Source: Kofleriaceae bacterium (GTDB taxonomy: Bacteria > Myxococcota_A > Polyangia > Haliangiales > Haliangiaceae). Taken from it: 34,773 nt of DNA. This document shows positions 16,089 through 25,347 of this stretch, piece by piece. The first letter of the stretch is position 1, and each line of letters begins with the position of its first letter. The position numbers and the translations under genes are program-made. The notes under the pieces were generated by a model. It had not been told where the DNA came from. It did no database searches and saw only the letters and a list, made by a program, of their open reading frames with translations. The stretch lies in contig DASSBL010000298.1 of NCBI GenBank assembly GCA_035698865.1, forward strand, positions 1 through 34,773, read 5' to 3'.

Positions 16089-17459
16089 TCAGCCGCCGCG
16101 GCTCGCCTTCGGGCTGATGATGGCGCCGAAATCGTCGAAGGCGCTGGCCGGCACGTTGATGCGAATCCTCCCGGCCCCGCCGCCGTGGCCGGCTTCGCAG
16201 CTGCCCGGCGCCGGCAGCATGTTGAGGGCGCCGCCACGTCCGCCGGGGTTCGTGCCACCCGGGCAACCGCCGCGCGCCGGCACGCTGGAAAGCGCGCCCG
16301 TCTCGCCGGCGCCGGTGATCGATCCGCAGCCACCGCCGCCACCGTTGGCGGCCAGCACCGCCGCGGCGTGCAGGGTGATGGCCGGGGCTTCAAGCAAGAT
16401 CGCCCCACCCGCGCCGCCGCCGCCACCGCCACCAAACTGGCCTTCGCCGCCGGCACCCCCGACATTGATCCCGGCCAGCCCGCCGCCGGCGCTGCCGATG
16501 ACGATGGTGGTGAACGACACGATCTGGACCGCGCCGCCACCGCCGCCGCCGTCTGCCCCGCTACCGGCCGCAATGCCGCCACCGCCGCCGCCGGTCAGCG
16601 GCTCGATGGATGCGCTGCCGCATACGCCACCGCCGAAGACCAAAGAGCATTCGGCACCGATGCCCCCTGCACCGGCCTGGCCGTAGCCGCCGCCGCCGCC
16701 GCCGTTTTGACCGGTGCCCTCGTTTCCGGCGCCGCAAAATGGCTCGCCGTCGCCATCGCCGCCACCCGGACCGCCGCAAAAGCTGTCGCTGCCGATGACG
16801 CAACCGCCGGTGGCATCCATGACGCTGGTGATGTGGACATCTCCGGCGCTCACGATCTGCAGCGGGTTGTCGCCGTCGACCCGCACCGGAGCGTCGAGAT
16901 CCACCGAGGTGACCCCGAAGGCAAAGCCGTCATCACTGAACGTAAACGAGATGCCCTGGTGAATGCCCTGGCCCGGGTCGCGAAGGGTGGTGGTGCCCTG
17001 CCGGATCTCGCCGGTCACGGTATCGATGATGACGTCATCGCTGCCGGAGGTATCGATAGCTCCGGTGACCCCGGACAGCTGGGCCGAGCCGAGGCCGTTC
17101 GACGGCTCGAACGGCGGGTCACCGTCGGGACCGCCGCCATCAAACGGCGGGGGTCCGCCACCATCGTCGTCGCCGGCATCGAAGGGGGGCATCCCACCGT
17201 CGTCGGACATGCCATCGGACATGGGCGGCATCGGCGCATCGATGGGGGCGCCGTCCGAGGGGGATCCGGCATCGGGCCTGGTCGTGCACGTCGCCGTGCT
17301 CGACTGGGTGCAATAGCCTTCGCCGTTGCAGGTGAGGGACGACGGACAGTCGCTGTCGGTGTCGCATTGAACCGTGCACTCGGCAAAGTCGGGCTCGGCG
17401 CATCCGCCAGCCGGCGCGATCACCATCGCCGCGGCCGCGATCATGAAGAGCGCACGCAT
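16089..17459 (-). CDS. polyglycine-rich secreted lipoprotein with Cys-rich N-terminal module
   Basis: Track ORF trimmed to the ATG at 17457-17459, which overlaps the upstream stop (TGATG). It has a signal and lipobox MRALFMIAAAAMVIAPAGGC, a CTVQCDTDSDCPSSLTCNGEGYC module, and an acidic/Pro spacer. Runs of 5-7 Gly then alternate with short hydrophobic strands. Confidence 0.7.
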   Translation of the reverse strand: MRALFMIAAAAMVIAPAGGCAEPDFAECTVQCDTDSDCPSSLTCNGEGYCTQSSTATCTTRPDAGSPSDGAPIDAPMPPMSDGMSDDGGMPPFDAGDDDGGGPPPFDGGGPDGDPPFEPSNGLGSAQLSGVTGAIDTSGSDDVIIDTVTGEIRQGTTTLRDPGQGIHQGISFTFSDDGFAFGVTSVDLDAPVRVDGDNPLQIVSAGDVHITSVMDATGGCVIGSDSFCGGPGGGDGDGEPFCGAGNEGTGQNGGGGGGYGQAGAGGIGAECSLVFGGGVCGSASIEPLTGGGGGGIAAGSGADGGGGGGAVQIVSFTTIVIGSAGGGLAGINVGGAGGEGQFGGGGGGGAGGAILLEAPAITLHAAAVLAANGGGGGCGSITGAGETGALSSVPARGGCPGGTNPGGRGGALNMLPAPGSCEAGHGGGAGRIRINVPASAFDDFGAIISPKASRGG

Positions 17460-18256
17460 CAGAAGGTCCCCGCGAAAGACACCATGCCGCCACCGCGCAC
17501 GGGCACCGCGGCGACCGCGCGATCCGGGGACTGACCGTCGGGGGCGAGCAGATAGGTGGCGACGCCGCCGGCGATAGCCACCGCGCCGAGGGTGGAAAAA
17601 ATCCACGCGCCGGTGCGCGCGTCTTCGTATTCGCCGTAGGCAGGGTTCTCCTCGAGGGTGCAGTCGGCACCGCACTGGCTCACCGCATCGTCGGACAGCG
17701 AGTAGGTGCGCGCGATGTAGTAGACGCCCACCCCCGCCGAGGCAACGCCGACGCCGGCGAGGACCACCCCGGCGATGCGCCAGTTGCGGCCGGTGTCATC
17801 GACCTCAGTGGTGCCGCCGGAGCCATCACCCGGTTGGACGGGACCGGCAATGGGCGGCGTAACCGCACCACCAGCGGGCTCCCCGCCTGCGGGCGTGCGT
17901 TCCTGCGCACACGTCCCGAGCTGATGCAAAAAAGCCTCCGCGTTTTTGCGCGTGGCCGCCGCCGCCTCTGTGGCCGAGGCGAGAAACTGGCGGTAATAGG
18001 ACGCGGCCTCGGCACAGTCGCCGTTGAGGCGATGGGCCTGACCGAGGTTGTAAAGCAGCCCGGGCGCCTCGGACAGGTCATAGGCGATCTCGAACTCGGC
18101 GATGGCGAGATCGTACTCGCCGCGCGCGTAGTGGCGATTGCCGATAGTGTAGTGAGCCTTGGCCGCCTCGCGATCGCCTTTTTTGGGGGCGGCGCCGGCG
18201 GTGCTCGAACAAACCAGCACCGCGATGGCCACCGCATAGCGAAAGACTGTGGTCAT
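17459..18256 (-). CDS. TPR-repeat protein with signal peptide and C-terminal hydrophobic segments
   Basis: The signal peptide is MTTVFRYAVAIAVLVCSSTAGA. TPR-like helices include YTIGNRHYARGEYDLAIAEFEIAY and LYNLGQAHRLNGDCAEAASYYRQFL. A Gly/Pro linker and two hydrophobic stretches follow. It starts 9 nt after the kinase stop. Confidence 0.75.
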   Translation of the reverse strand: MTTVFRYAVAIAVLVCSSTAGAAPKKGDREAAKAHYTIGNRHYARGEYDLAIAEFEIAYDLSEAPGLLYNLGQAHRLNGDCAEAASYYRQFLASATEAAAATRKNAEAFLHQLGTCAQERTPAGGEPAGGAVTPPIAGPVQPGDGSGGTTEVDDTGRNWRIAGVVLAGVGVASAGVGVYYIARTYSLSDDAVSQCGADCTLEENPAYGEYEDARTGAWIFSTLGAVAIAGGVATYLLAPDGQSPDRAVAAVPVRGGGMVSFAGTF

Positions 18257-18265
18257 GGGGCCATC

Positions 18266-19744
18266 TTAGAAAGGATCGACCGTCTGGTCGCGGGCAAACG
18301 GATCGATCGTTCGATCGCGAGGATCGGGATCGGGGCCGGAGGGCTCGGTGGTGGCCGGTGCCGAGACCGGGGGTTCTTCGACGGGCGGGCCGGTGTTGGT
18401 GGCGGGCTGGGGATGGGTCCCGTCGCCGGCGGCCGTGGGAGCGGACGGCTCGGCGCTCGGCGCTCGGGGGTGGGACCGGTGGCGCGAGTGCTTGCCGCGA
18501 TGGTGCGATGGCTCGGGCTCGTCGGTTTCCGGGGCAACCACCGGCGCCGCCTCGGGCTCGACCGCCGGCGACGTCGCCGGGGTCATTGCCGCCGACTTCT
18601 CGGGCTCGACTGCCGGCGCGGTCTCGGGCGCAACCGCCGGTGCGGTCTCGGGGGCAACCGCCGGTGTCTTCGAGCTCGCCACATCCGGCTCGCTCACCGG
18701 GATCGCGTCACTGTCACCGAGGCCAGGAAACCAGCCCATGGCAAACGCCACCCCGCCCGCGGCCACCACCAGGGCCAGAAAACTGGCCAGCATCAGCGGC
18801 CGCGACCTGCGCACCACGCACGCGCCTTGGTCTTGGCTTCCGGGGACGTGGCTGGCGATGGCCGAGTCGCGTAGCTCGGACAGCGTTCGCCGCAGGGCCG
18901 AAAGGGTCGGCCGCTGGGCCGGATCTTTGGCCACCATCGACCGCAGAAGCCGCGCCAGCTTCTTTGGAATCGCCGGCCACAGCGTCGCCGGATCGGGCGG
19001 CGCCGAGGTCAAGTGGCTGGCCACGATCTCCAGCGCGCCGCCGGATGGAAACGGCAGCTCGCCGAGGAACAGCTCGTAGCACAAACAGCCGAGGGAATAG
19101 ATGTCGGCGCGATGATCGATATCGCCGCCCCGCGCCTGCTCGGGCGAAAGATAAAGGGGCGTGCCGAGAATGCTGTGCGGCATGGTGGCGCGCACCTCGG
19201 CGTGGACCAGCTTGGCGATGCCAAAATCGAGCAGCTTGACCCGCACCCGGGAGCCGCCCTCGGGCACCAGGAACACATTCTCGGGCTTGAGGTCGCGGTG
19301 CACCACCCCGGCCGCGTGGGCGGCCATCAACCCATCGATGATCTCGCCGACCACGAACGCCGCGTGGGAAAACGCGATGGGCCCGCGTTCGATGCGCGCC
19401 GCGAGGGTCTCGCCCTCGAGCTTTTCCATGGTGAAGTACGGGCGCCCGTCGGCGAGGGTGCCAAACGCAAACACATCGACGATGTTGGGGTGGCCGATGG
19501 CGTTGGCCGCGCGCGCCTCACGGATGAAACGCTCGACCGCCTCGGGGTTGGCGCAAAGCTCCGGGCGAATGACCTTGACCGCCGCCCGCTTGTGAATGAT
19601 GGGATGGATCGCCGCGTAGACCTCGGCCATGCCGCCCTCGCCGAGGGGCCCGACGATGGTGTACTCGCCGACCTGGGCACCGGGCGCAAACGCGGTGCCG
19701 GCGAACCTGCGCGCCAGCTCCGGTGACTGAGGGTCGGAAGTCAT
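18266..19744 (-). CDS. membrane-anchored Ser/Thr protein kinase (Hanks type)
   Basis: Track ORF trimmed to the ATG at 19742-19744. It has a G-loop GEGGMAEVY, the Lys-bearing AVKVI, catalytic HRDLKPENV, DFG, and an SPE segment. A single TM (LMLASFLALVVAAGGVAFAMGWF) and a Pro-rich tail follow. Confidence 0.92.
   Translation of the reverse strand: MTSDPQSPELARRFAGTAFAPGAQVGEYTIVGPLGEGGMAEVYAAIHPIIHKRAAVKVIRPELCANPEAVERFIREARAANAIGHPNIVDVFAFGTLADGRPYFTMEKLEGETLAARIERGPIAFSHAAFVVGEIIDGLMAAHAAGVVHRDLKPENVFLVPEGGSRVRVKLLDFGIAKLVHAEVRATMPHSILGTPLYLSPEQARGGDIDHRADIYSLGCLCYELFLGELPFPSGGALEIVASHLTSAPPDPATLWPAIPKKLARLLRSMVAKDPAQRPTLSALRRTLSELRDSAIASHVPGSQDQGACVVRRSRPLMLASFLALVVAAGGVAFAMGWFPGLGDSDAIPVSEPDVASSKTPAVAPETAPAVAPETAPAVEPEKSAAMTPATSPAVEPEAAPVVAPETDEPEPSHHRGKHSRHRSHPRAPSAEPSAPTAAGDGTHPQPATNTGPPVEEPPVSAPATTEPSGPDPDPRDRTIDPFARDQTVDPF
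18597..18668. repeat. Three tandem 24-bp coding repeats (TAPAV[AE]PE units) in the kinase tail
   Basis: The repeats are ttctcgggctcgactgccggcgcg, gtctcgggcgcaaccgccggtgcg and gtctcgggggcaaccgccggtgtc. A further diverged copy is at 18549-18572. Confidence 0.8.
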
Positions 19745-19871
19745 GGTGGGGTGCAACGCTCCACGCATGTGGAGGATTCATTTTTTTGCATAGAACCGCC
19801 CCGCCATGCACCTCAAAAAAGCGCGATCGCACCGCCGCGTGCGCGGGGTCACAGGGCCGGCCGGCCGAAAA

Positions 19872-20993
19872 TCAGCAGCCGCCGCGGTTCAGGGGTGCCG
19901 CCGCCGCACGCAGACCGGCGCGAACCGCCGCCGCCGGCGACACCGCGAGCTTGATGGTCGGCCCGAGGGTCACCCGGATATGGGGGTGCTCGGAGGCGAT
20001 GACCTCACCGTCGATGGTGTAGAGCGGCTCGGCGGTCTTTATCTCGAGGGTCGATGCGGTCTTGTTGATGTAGCGCGGGTCGGTGGGCCACGGCAGCGGG
20101 CGGCTGCCGTTTGAATGGCCATCGCGGCGCAGCAACCGGCCCGGGCGGGTAAGGGCGCGCGCGTCCATCGGCAGCCAGCCGCGGACCAGCATCGGCAAGG
20201 CGAACGCCAGCTCGCGCGGGGTGACCGCATAGGCCGCACAGTGAAAGCTATCGCGGGTGCGCGCCTCGACAAAGGGCACCACGCCGGGGTTGATCTGGCC
20301 GGTGACGTTGGCAAACACCGCCGTGAGATCGCGATAGGGGATCGGCTCACCGTCGAGGCTCACGTCGGCCTCCATGGGGTGCAAAAGCTCGGCGTAGCGC
20401 GACGGCCGGCCGACGATGGCGGCGATGGCGGTCGGGGCGCCCATGACCACCGCCGCGCCCTTGCCCTTCTTGCCGTTTTCGTAGGCCGCGAGCACGCGCA
20501 CGATGGGGCCCATGCCGAAGGTAAAGCCGCGGAACCGGCGGCCACCGCGCTCGGCTTCCAAAAGCGGCACTTCCTTGAGCAACAGATTGTGGCTCACGTA
20601 GGCGCGAACCACGGCGCGGAAGTTTTGCGCCGGCGAGCGCGCGAACCCGCACCAGCGCGAGGTGACGTTCATGGTGCCGCCGCCGAGGAGGGCCAGGGCC
20701 ACGTCCTCGGTGCCGGGGTCGAGGCGATCGAGGACGCGCTGGATGGTGCCATCGCCGCCATAAACACAGATGAGCTTGGCTTCGCGGCCGATGTTGCCGA
20801 GGGCCGGCGCGATATCTTCCACCGAGTCGGTGACGATGCGGCGAACGTGACGCGCCTCCTCCGAATCGAGAATCCGCGCCAGCTCCTTCCACCGCCCGCC
20901 CGCGCGCGGGTTGCACAGCAAGATGATCTCGGCTTCAGGCTTGCGCCGCGATGGCCGTTTGCGCCCCCGGCGGCTTTCCTCGGTCTGTGACAT
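19872..20993 (-). CDS. diacylglycerol/lipid kinase family protein (DAGK catalytic domain, YegS/LCB5-like)
   Basis: Track ORF trimmed to the ATG at 20991-20993 (MSQTEESRRG...). It has the LLCNPRAGG entry strand and a VYGGDGT motif. Confidence 0.82.
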   Translation of the reverse strand: MSQTEESRRGRKRPSRRKPEAEIILLCNPRAGGRWKELARILDSEEARHVRRIVTDSVEDIAPALGNIGREAKLICVYGGDGTIQRVLDRLDPGTEDVALALLGGGTMNVTSRWCGFARSPAQNFRAVVRAYVSHNLLLKEVPLLEAERGGRRFRGFTFGMGPIVRVLAAYENGKKGKGAAVVMGAPTAIAAIVGRPSRYAELLHPMEADVSLDGEPIPYRDLTAVFANVTGQINPGVVPFVEARTRDSFHCAAYAVTPRELAFALPMLVRGWLPMDARALTRPGRLLRRDGHSNGSRPLPWPTDPRYINKTASTLEIKTAEPLYTIDGEVIASEHPHIRVTLGPTIKLAVSPAAAVRAGLRAAAAPLNRGGC

Positions 20994-21079
20994 CGCCCGA
21001 CTATGGCACGCACAATCGCCCTTCCAAACCCGACCCGGCCGCCGGCCACGATTTCGCATGGCCATGTTCGTGTAGATCC

Positions 21080-21976
21080 ATGGCCGAAAAGCCCATCGCC
21101 GTATACGGCGCCCTGAGCGCCAACCTGATCATCGCCGTGGCCAAGCTCGGGGCCGCCGCCATCTCGGGGAGCGCGGCGCTGTTTGCCGAGGGCATTCACT
21201 CGCTGGTCGATACCGGCAACCAGGTGTTGCTGCTCGTCGGCATCAAGCGCAGCCGCAAGCCGCCGGGGCCCGTTCATCCCTTCGGCCGCGGCAAGGAGAT
21301 CTATTTCTGGACCCTCATCGTCGCGGTGCTGCTGTTTGGGGTGGGCGGCGGCATCTCGGCCTATGAAGGCGTTCACGCCCTCACCCACCCGAGCGGCGAG
21401 CGCGGCGATCTTTTGTGGGCCTATATCGTCCTCGGGATCGCGTTTGTGACCGAATCGGTCTCGTGGGCCATCGCCTTGCGCCTGCTTTTACGCGAGCGTG
21501 GCGAGACCTTCTGGAAAAAGCTTCATCACTCCAAGGATCCGGCCAAGTTCGTCGTGTTTGCCGAGGACACCGCCGCAATTCTCGGCGTGGTGGTCGCCTT
21601 CCTGGGAGTCTTTATCGGCCACTGGCTGGGGAGCCCGGTGCCCGATGCCGTGGCCTCCATCGTCATCGGCGCGATCCTGGCCGGGGTCGCGATCTATCTC
21701 ATGAGCGAAAGCCGCCATCTCCTCATCGGCGAGGCCGCCGACCGCGATCAGGTGCGCACCATCGTCGCGGTGACCGAGGCCGATCCCCTGGTCGAGCGGG
21801 CCGGCCAGCCTCTTACGATGTACTTTGGCCCCCACGAGCTGCTCATCAACCTCGAGGTAAAATTCGTAAAGGGCCCGTCGGTGAGAGAGATCGCCGGCGC
21901 CATCGAGCGCATCGAAAGCCGCCTTCGCGAAAACTACCCCGAGGTCAGGCGGGTGTTCATCGAGGCCCGACTGTGA
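21080..21976 (+). CDS. cation diffusion facilitator (CDF) family metal efflux transporter
   Basis: Track ORF trimmed to the ATG at 21080 (MAEKPIAVYGAL...). It has six TM helices, EGIHSLVDTGN in TM2, a FAEDTAA segment in TM5, and a C-terminal cytoplasmic domain. Confidence 0.88.
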   Translation: MAEKPIAVYGALSANLIIAVAKLGAAAISGSAALFAEGIHSLVDTGNQVLLLVGIKRSRKPPGPVHPFGRGKEIYFWTLIVAVLLFGVGGGISAYEGVHALTHPSGERGDLLWAYIVLGIAFVTESVSWAIALRLLLRERGETFWKKLHHSKDPAKFVVFAEDTAAILGVVVAFLGVFIGHWLGSPVPDAVASIVIGAILAGVAIYLMSESRHLLIGEAADRDQVRTIVAVTEADPLVERAGQPLTMYFGPHELLINLEVKFVKGPSVREIAGAIERIESRLRENYPEVRRVFIEARL

Positions 21977-21997
21977 TCAGACAGGCCCCGCTTGTGA

Positions 21998-22975
21998 TCA
22001 GAGGCTGCCGTCGAGCACCCGGGTGAGCATCTCGCCATCAATGTTGGCGCCCGAGAGGATGATGCCCACGGTCTTGCCAGCCAACCGCTCGCCGAGGGCA
22101 CATAATCCGGCCAGCGACACCGCGCCCGCACCCTCGGCCAGGTTGTGGGTGCAGCTCAAGTACAAGCGGATGGCCGCGGCGATCTCGGCCTCGGTGGCGG
22201 TGACAAAATCGGCCAGCCCTTCGCGCAGGGCGGCGAACGTGAACGCGTAACAGTGACGCGTGGCGATGCCGTCGGCAAAGGTATCGGCCGAGTCGGTGGA
22301 AAGCTCCTTGCCGGCGACCCACGAGTCGTAAATCGCGGGCGCGTTGGCGGCCTGGGCGCCGTAGACGGAAACCTCGGGGCGCAGGTGGCGCATCACGGTG
22401 AGCGCGCCGACCGCCTGCGAGCCTCCCCCCACGGCCATCACCAGGGCATCGAGCTCGGGCCCGTTCTCGGCCATTTCGAGGGCGATGGTTCCGGCGCCGG
22501 CGATGACCTCGCAATGGTTGGTCGAGTGAATGATGGTGAGGCCGCGCTCGGAGGCCAGATTTTCGGCCACCACGACCGAGGCATCATAGTCGCGCCCGGA
22601 CTCGACGAGCTCGGCGCCGAGATCGATCATCGCGCGGTTCTTGTCGGGGCTATTGCCCACGGGCACGCACACGGTGACCGGAATGCCGAGCAGCCGCCCG
22701 GCCCACGCGAGCCCCTGGCCGTAGTTGCCGCGGGTCGCCGCGATGACTCCGCGCGCGCGCTGCTCGTCGGGCAGCGCGGTGAGGGCGGCGAGGCCGTTTC
22801 TCACCTTGAACGCGTTGGTCGGCTGATGGTTCTCGTGCTTGACCCACACCTTGATGCCGTGGCCCACGGCCTCGTCGAGGGCCGGATAGTGGCGCAGCGG
22901 GGTGGGTGACAGATGAGGTGCGAGTCGCGCTCGTGCGGCGATGACATCGTCAAAGGTGATGGGCCAGGTCGGCAT
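21998..22975 (-). CDS. fold-type II PLP-dependent enzyme (serine/threonine dehydratase family)
   Basis: The PLP-lysine motif is [12 protein letters not shown] and the phosphate-binding loop is [10 protein letters not shown]. It is 325 aa and starts at the ATG at 22973-22975. Confidence 0.82.
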   Translation of the reverse strand: MPTWPITFDDVIAARARLAPHLSPTPLRHYPALDEAVGHGIKVWVKHENHQPTNAFKVRNGLAALTALPDEQRARGVIAATRGNYGQGLAWAGRLLGIPVTVCVPVGNSPDKNRAMIDLGAELVESGRDYDASVVVAENLASERGLTIIHSTNHCEVIAGAGTIALEMAENGPELDALVMAVGGGSQAVGALTVMRHLRPEVSVYGAQAANAPAIYDSWVAGKELSTDSADTFADGIATRHCYAFTFAALREGLADFVTATEAEIAAAIRLYLSCTHNLAEGAGAVSLAGLCALGERLAGKTVGIILSGANIDGEMLTRVLDGSL

Positions 22976-23054
22976 GGCGGCATTGAACCGGGAGCATTGT
23001 CGGTTTGCAACCGGTGACGGTGATGGCCAGGGCTCACGTGCTAGGGTTCGGGTG

Positions 23055-24326
23055 ATGGAGCTGGCACGGGAGAGCGGGCCGGTGCGGATTGCGCGCTACC
23101 GGGAGGTTCGATCGCTGTCCGAGCGGCTGGCCGCGACCCTCTCGCCCGAGGACCAGCAAATCCAGGCGTTCGCCTACGCGAGCCCGACCAAGTGGCACCT
23201 CGGCCACGTCACGTGGTTCTTCGAGACCTTCGTCCTTGGCCGCCACGATCCCGGACGCAAGCTGTACTGCGCCGCATTCGAGACCCTGTTCAACAGTTAC
23301 TACGAAGGTCTCGGGCCCAGAATCGCACGCGGGATGCGCGGGCTCCTTTCGCGGCCGACAGCGAGCGAGGTGCGCGCGTGGCGCGCGGCCATCGACGGCG
23401 AGATGGAGGCGCTGCTCGAAGGCGAGATGGAGGCTTCCCTGGCGGCCATGATCGAGCTCGGCCTGCACCACGAACAGCAGCACCAGGAGCTATTGCTCAC
23501 CGACATCCTGGCCAATTTTTCGGCCAACCCGCTGCTTCCGGCGTGGCGCGACGAGGCGATCCCCAGGTGCGAGCCAGCACCCGCGCCGCAATGGATCGAT
23601 CGCGCCGGTGGCATTGTCGATATCGGCCATCGCGGTCCCGGCTTTCACTTTGACAATGAAGCGCCGGCCCATCGCGCGGTGCTGGAACCGTATGCTCTTC
23701 GCACCACCGTGGTCACCAACGCCGAGGTCCTCGCGTTCATCGCCGACGGTGGCTATGGCGAGGCGCGGTTGTGGCTCGCCGATGGCATCGCCTGGGTGCG
23801 CGAGCACGGCATCACCGCCCCTGCCTACTGGCGGCGCGATGACGACGGCCGCTGGTGGACGTTCTCGCTCCATGGCGAACAGCCCCTCGACCCCAACGCG
23901 CCGGTGACCCACGTGTCCGGATACGAGGCCGATGCCATCGCCACCTGGCTCGGCGCGCGCCTACCCACCGAGGAAGAATGGGAAGTCGCCGCGCGATCTG
24001 TCGGCGGTGATCCGGCCGCCGCGCGATGGCTGGAAAACGGGCCCGTGACACCACTTGCCGGCACCGGGCATCCAACGGATCTGTGCGGACTTTGGGGGGA
24101 AACCTGGGAATGGACGCGCAGCGCCTATGCGCCGTATCCCGGTTTTCGCCCCCTGAAAGGCGCCGCCGGTGAGTACAACGGCAAGTTCATGGCCAACCAG
24201 TGGGTCCTGCGCGGCGGCTCGTGTGCAACACCGCCCGGCCACATCCGCGCGACCTATCGCAACTTCTTTTACCCTCACCAGCGGTGGCAGTTTACCGGCG
24301 TGCGCCTCGCGCGCGATGCCCGGTGA
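23055..24326 (+). CDS. egtB: ergothioneine biosynthesis sulfoxide synthase EgtB (DinB_2 + FGE-sulfatase domains)
   Basis: Track ORF trimmed to the ATG at 23055. The His motifs are [11 protein letters not shown] and [11 protein letters not shown]. The FGE-type segments are GETWEWT and VLRGGSC. It is followed directly by egtD. Confidence 0.88.
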   Translation: MELARESGPVRIARYREVRSLSERLAATLSPEDQQIQAFAYASPTKWHLGHVTWFFETFVLGRHDPGRKLYCAAFETLFNSYYEGLGPRIARGMRGLLSRPTASEVRAWRAAIDGEMEALLEGEMEASLAAMIELGLHHEQQHQELLLTDILANFSANPLLPAWRDEAIPRCEPAPAPQWIDRAGGIVDIGHRGPGFHFDNEAPAHRAVLEPYALRTTVVTNAEVLAFIADGGYGEARLWLADGIAWVREHGITAPAYWRRDDDGRWWTFSLHGEQPLDPNAPVTHVSGYEADAIATWLGARLPTEEEWEVAARSVGGDPAAARWLENGPVTPLAGTGHPTDLCGLWGETWEWTRSAYAPYPGFRPLKGAAGEYNGKFMANQWVLRGGSCATPPGHIRATYRNFFYPHQRWQFTGVRLARDAR

Positions 24327-24340
24327 CCGGCGGAGATCTC

Positions 24341-25336
24341 ATGGCCAGTGACCTTGCACGCGACCTGTTTCAAGGGGGCCATCGGTCCTCCCTCACAGAC
24401 ACCACCGAGGATGAGCTCGCGGAGGTCATCGCCGGCCTTTTGCACGCTCCGCCGACGGTGTCGCCGAGGTGGCTGTATGACGATGTCGGCTCGGCCCTGT
24501 TCGAGGCCATCACCCGGCTGCCGGAATACTATCCAACCCGCTGCGAGGTCGAGATCCTCGACGGTGCCGGACCGCAGATCGCCGCACGCTTGCCTGAAAA
24601 CCTCGCGGTGGTCGAGCTCGGCGCGGGCACCGGTGACAAGGTCGCGCGGGTGATCCGGAACCTGGTCTCGCCGCGCATCTATCACCCCATCGAGGTGTCC
24701 ACGGCCGCCCTCGATCGCGCCGCCGAGCAGATCACCAGCGCGTTCCCCGATCTCGCCGTGCGCGGGCTCCTCGGCGATTTCACCAACTCGCAGGCTCTCA
24801 CCGAGCTTCTCGCAAAGGTCGCCGCCGATGGACCGGTGCTGCTGTTTTTCCCCGGCAGCACCATCGGCAACTTCGATCCCGATGAAGCCGCGGACCTGCT
24901 GTCGGCGGCCGGCGCTGCCCTCGAGCCCGGCGCGCCATTTCTCATCGGCTTCGATCTGGTCAAGGATCCGGCGCTGCTCGAAGCCGCCTACGACGACCCC
25001 GCCGGGGTCACCGCGGCCTTCAACCGCAACCTTCTGGCCCACCTCAACCGCCGCTTTGGCGCCACCTTCGATCCCGCCAGGTGGCGGCACACCTCGCGCT
25101 GGATCCCGGCCCTGAGAAGAATCGAGACCTGGCTGCTCAGCGAGGGCGATCAGGTGGTGACCATCGGCGGTACCGAGCTTTCCTTTGGCGACGGCGACGG
25201 CATTCACACCGAGAACGCCCACAAGTGGGATCAGGCCGCGGTGACGGCGCTCGCCAAAAGGAGCGGCTGGCGCGTGGACGGCTGGTGGACCGACGACAAG
25301 AACTGGTTCGCCGAAGCCCTCCTGGTCCGCGCCTGA
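24341..25336 (+). CDS. egtD: L-histidine N-alpha-methyltransferase EgtD
   Basis: The ATG at 24341 has GGAG 6 nt upstream. It has PRWLYDDVGSALFEAITRLPEYYPTRCE, a SAM motif VELGAGTGDK, and GSTIGNF. Length is 331 aa. Confidence 0.88.
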   Translation: MASDLARDLFQGGHRSSLTDTTEDELAEVIAGLLHAPPTVSPRWLYDDVGSALFEAITRLPEYYPTRCEVEILDGAGPQIAARLPENLAVVELGAGTGDKVARVIRNLVSPRIYHPIEVSTAALDRAAEQITSAFPDLAVRGLLGDFTNSQALTELLAKVAADGPVLLFFPGSTIGNFDPDEAADLLSAAGAALEPGAPFLIGFDLVKDPALLEAAYDDPAGVTAAFNRNLLAHLNRRFGATFDPARWRHTSRWIPALRRIETWLLSEGDQVVTIGGTELSFGDGDGIHTENAHKWDQAAVTALAKRSGWRVDGWWTDDKNWFAEALLVRA

Positions 25337-25347
25337 CCCGTGCTCGT

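Noticed and set aside
16040-16582. A 181-codon N-terminal extension of the Dcp ORF (track 13919..16582).
   Set aside because: The extension is Ala/Arg/Pro low-complexity sequence and overlaps the 3' end of the polyglycine lipoprotein gene. The ATG at 16039 gives a clean lipoprotein signal (LLLTTLALGAC) followed by the M3 fold.
15894-17534. A 546-aa plus-strand ORF, together with 16078..16686 (a poly-Pro/Ala ORF).
   Set aside because: These are antisense shadows of the GGC-rich lipoprotein and dcp genes. Their composition (A/G/R/P runs) is the mirror image of the Gly codons, and they have no motifs or sensible start context.
18597-18668. The tandem repeats here and at 30755-30880 as possible CRISPR or other non-coding arrays.
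   Set aside because: The units are contiguous with no spacers. Their lengths are multiples of three, and they lie in frame inside well-supported genes.
19815-19845. A possible intrinsic terminator after the DAG-kinase-like gene (T6 run on the minus strand preceded by GC-rich sequence), with the CTCCAC-gcat-GTGGAG hairpin at 19759-19774.
   Set aside because: The best stem next to the T-run is only 5 bp (CGCAC/GTGCG) and lies 7 nt from the T-run. The 6-bp hairpin sits in the kinase leader with its T7 run on the wrong strand. The evidence is too weak to annotate.
21972-22002. The 10-bp direct repeat TGTGATCAGA occurring twice, 21 bp apart. Each copy contains the stop codon of one of the convergent CDF and PLP genes.
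   Set aside because: It is curious but short. The TGATCA cores could pair as a 6-bp stem, which is too weak for a bidirectional terminator. It is probably coincidental.
24200-24340. Earlier starts for egtD (the track start at 24200, or the GTG at 24323 overlapping the egtB stop).
   Set aside because: The region 24200-24326 is the 3' end of egtB in another frame. The ATG at 24341 has GGAG at the right distance and gives the expected EgtD N-terminus. The GTG at 24323 remains a minor alternative.
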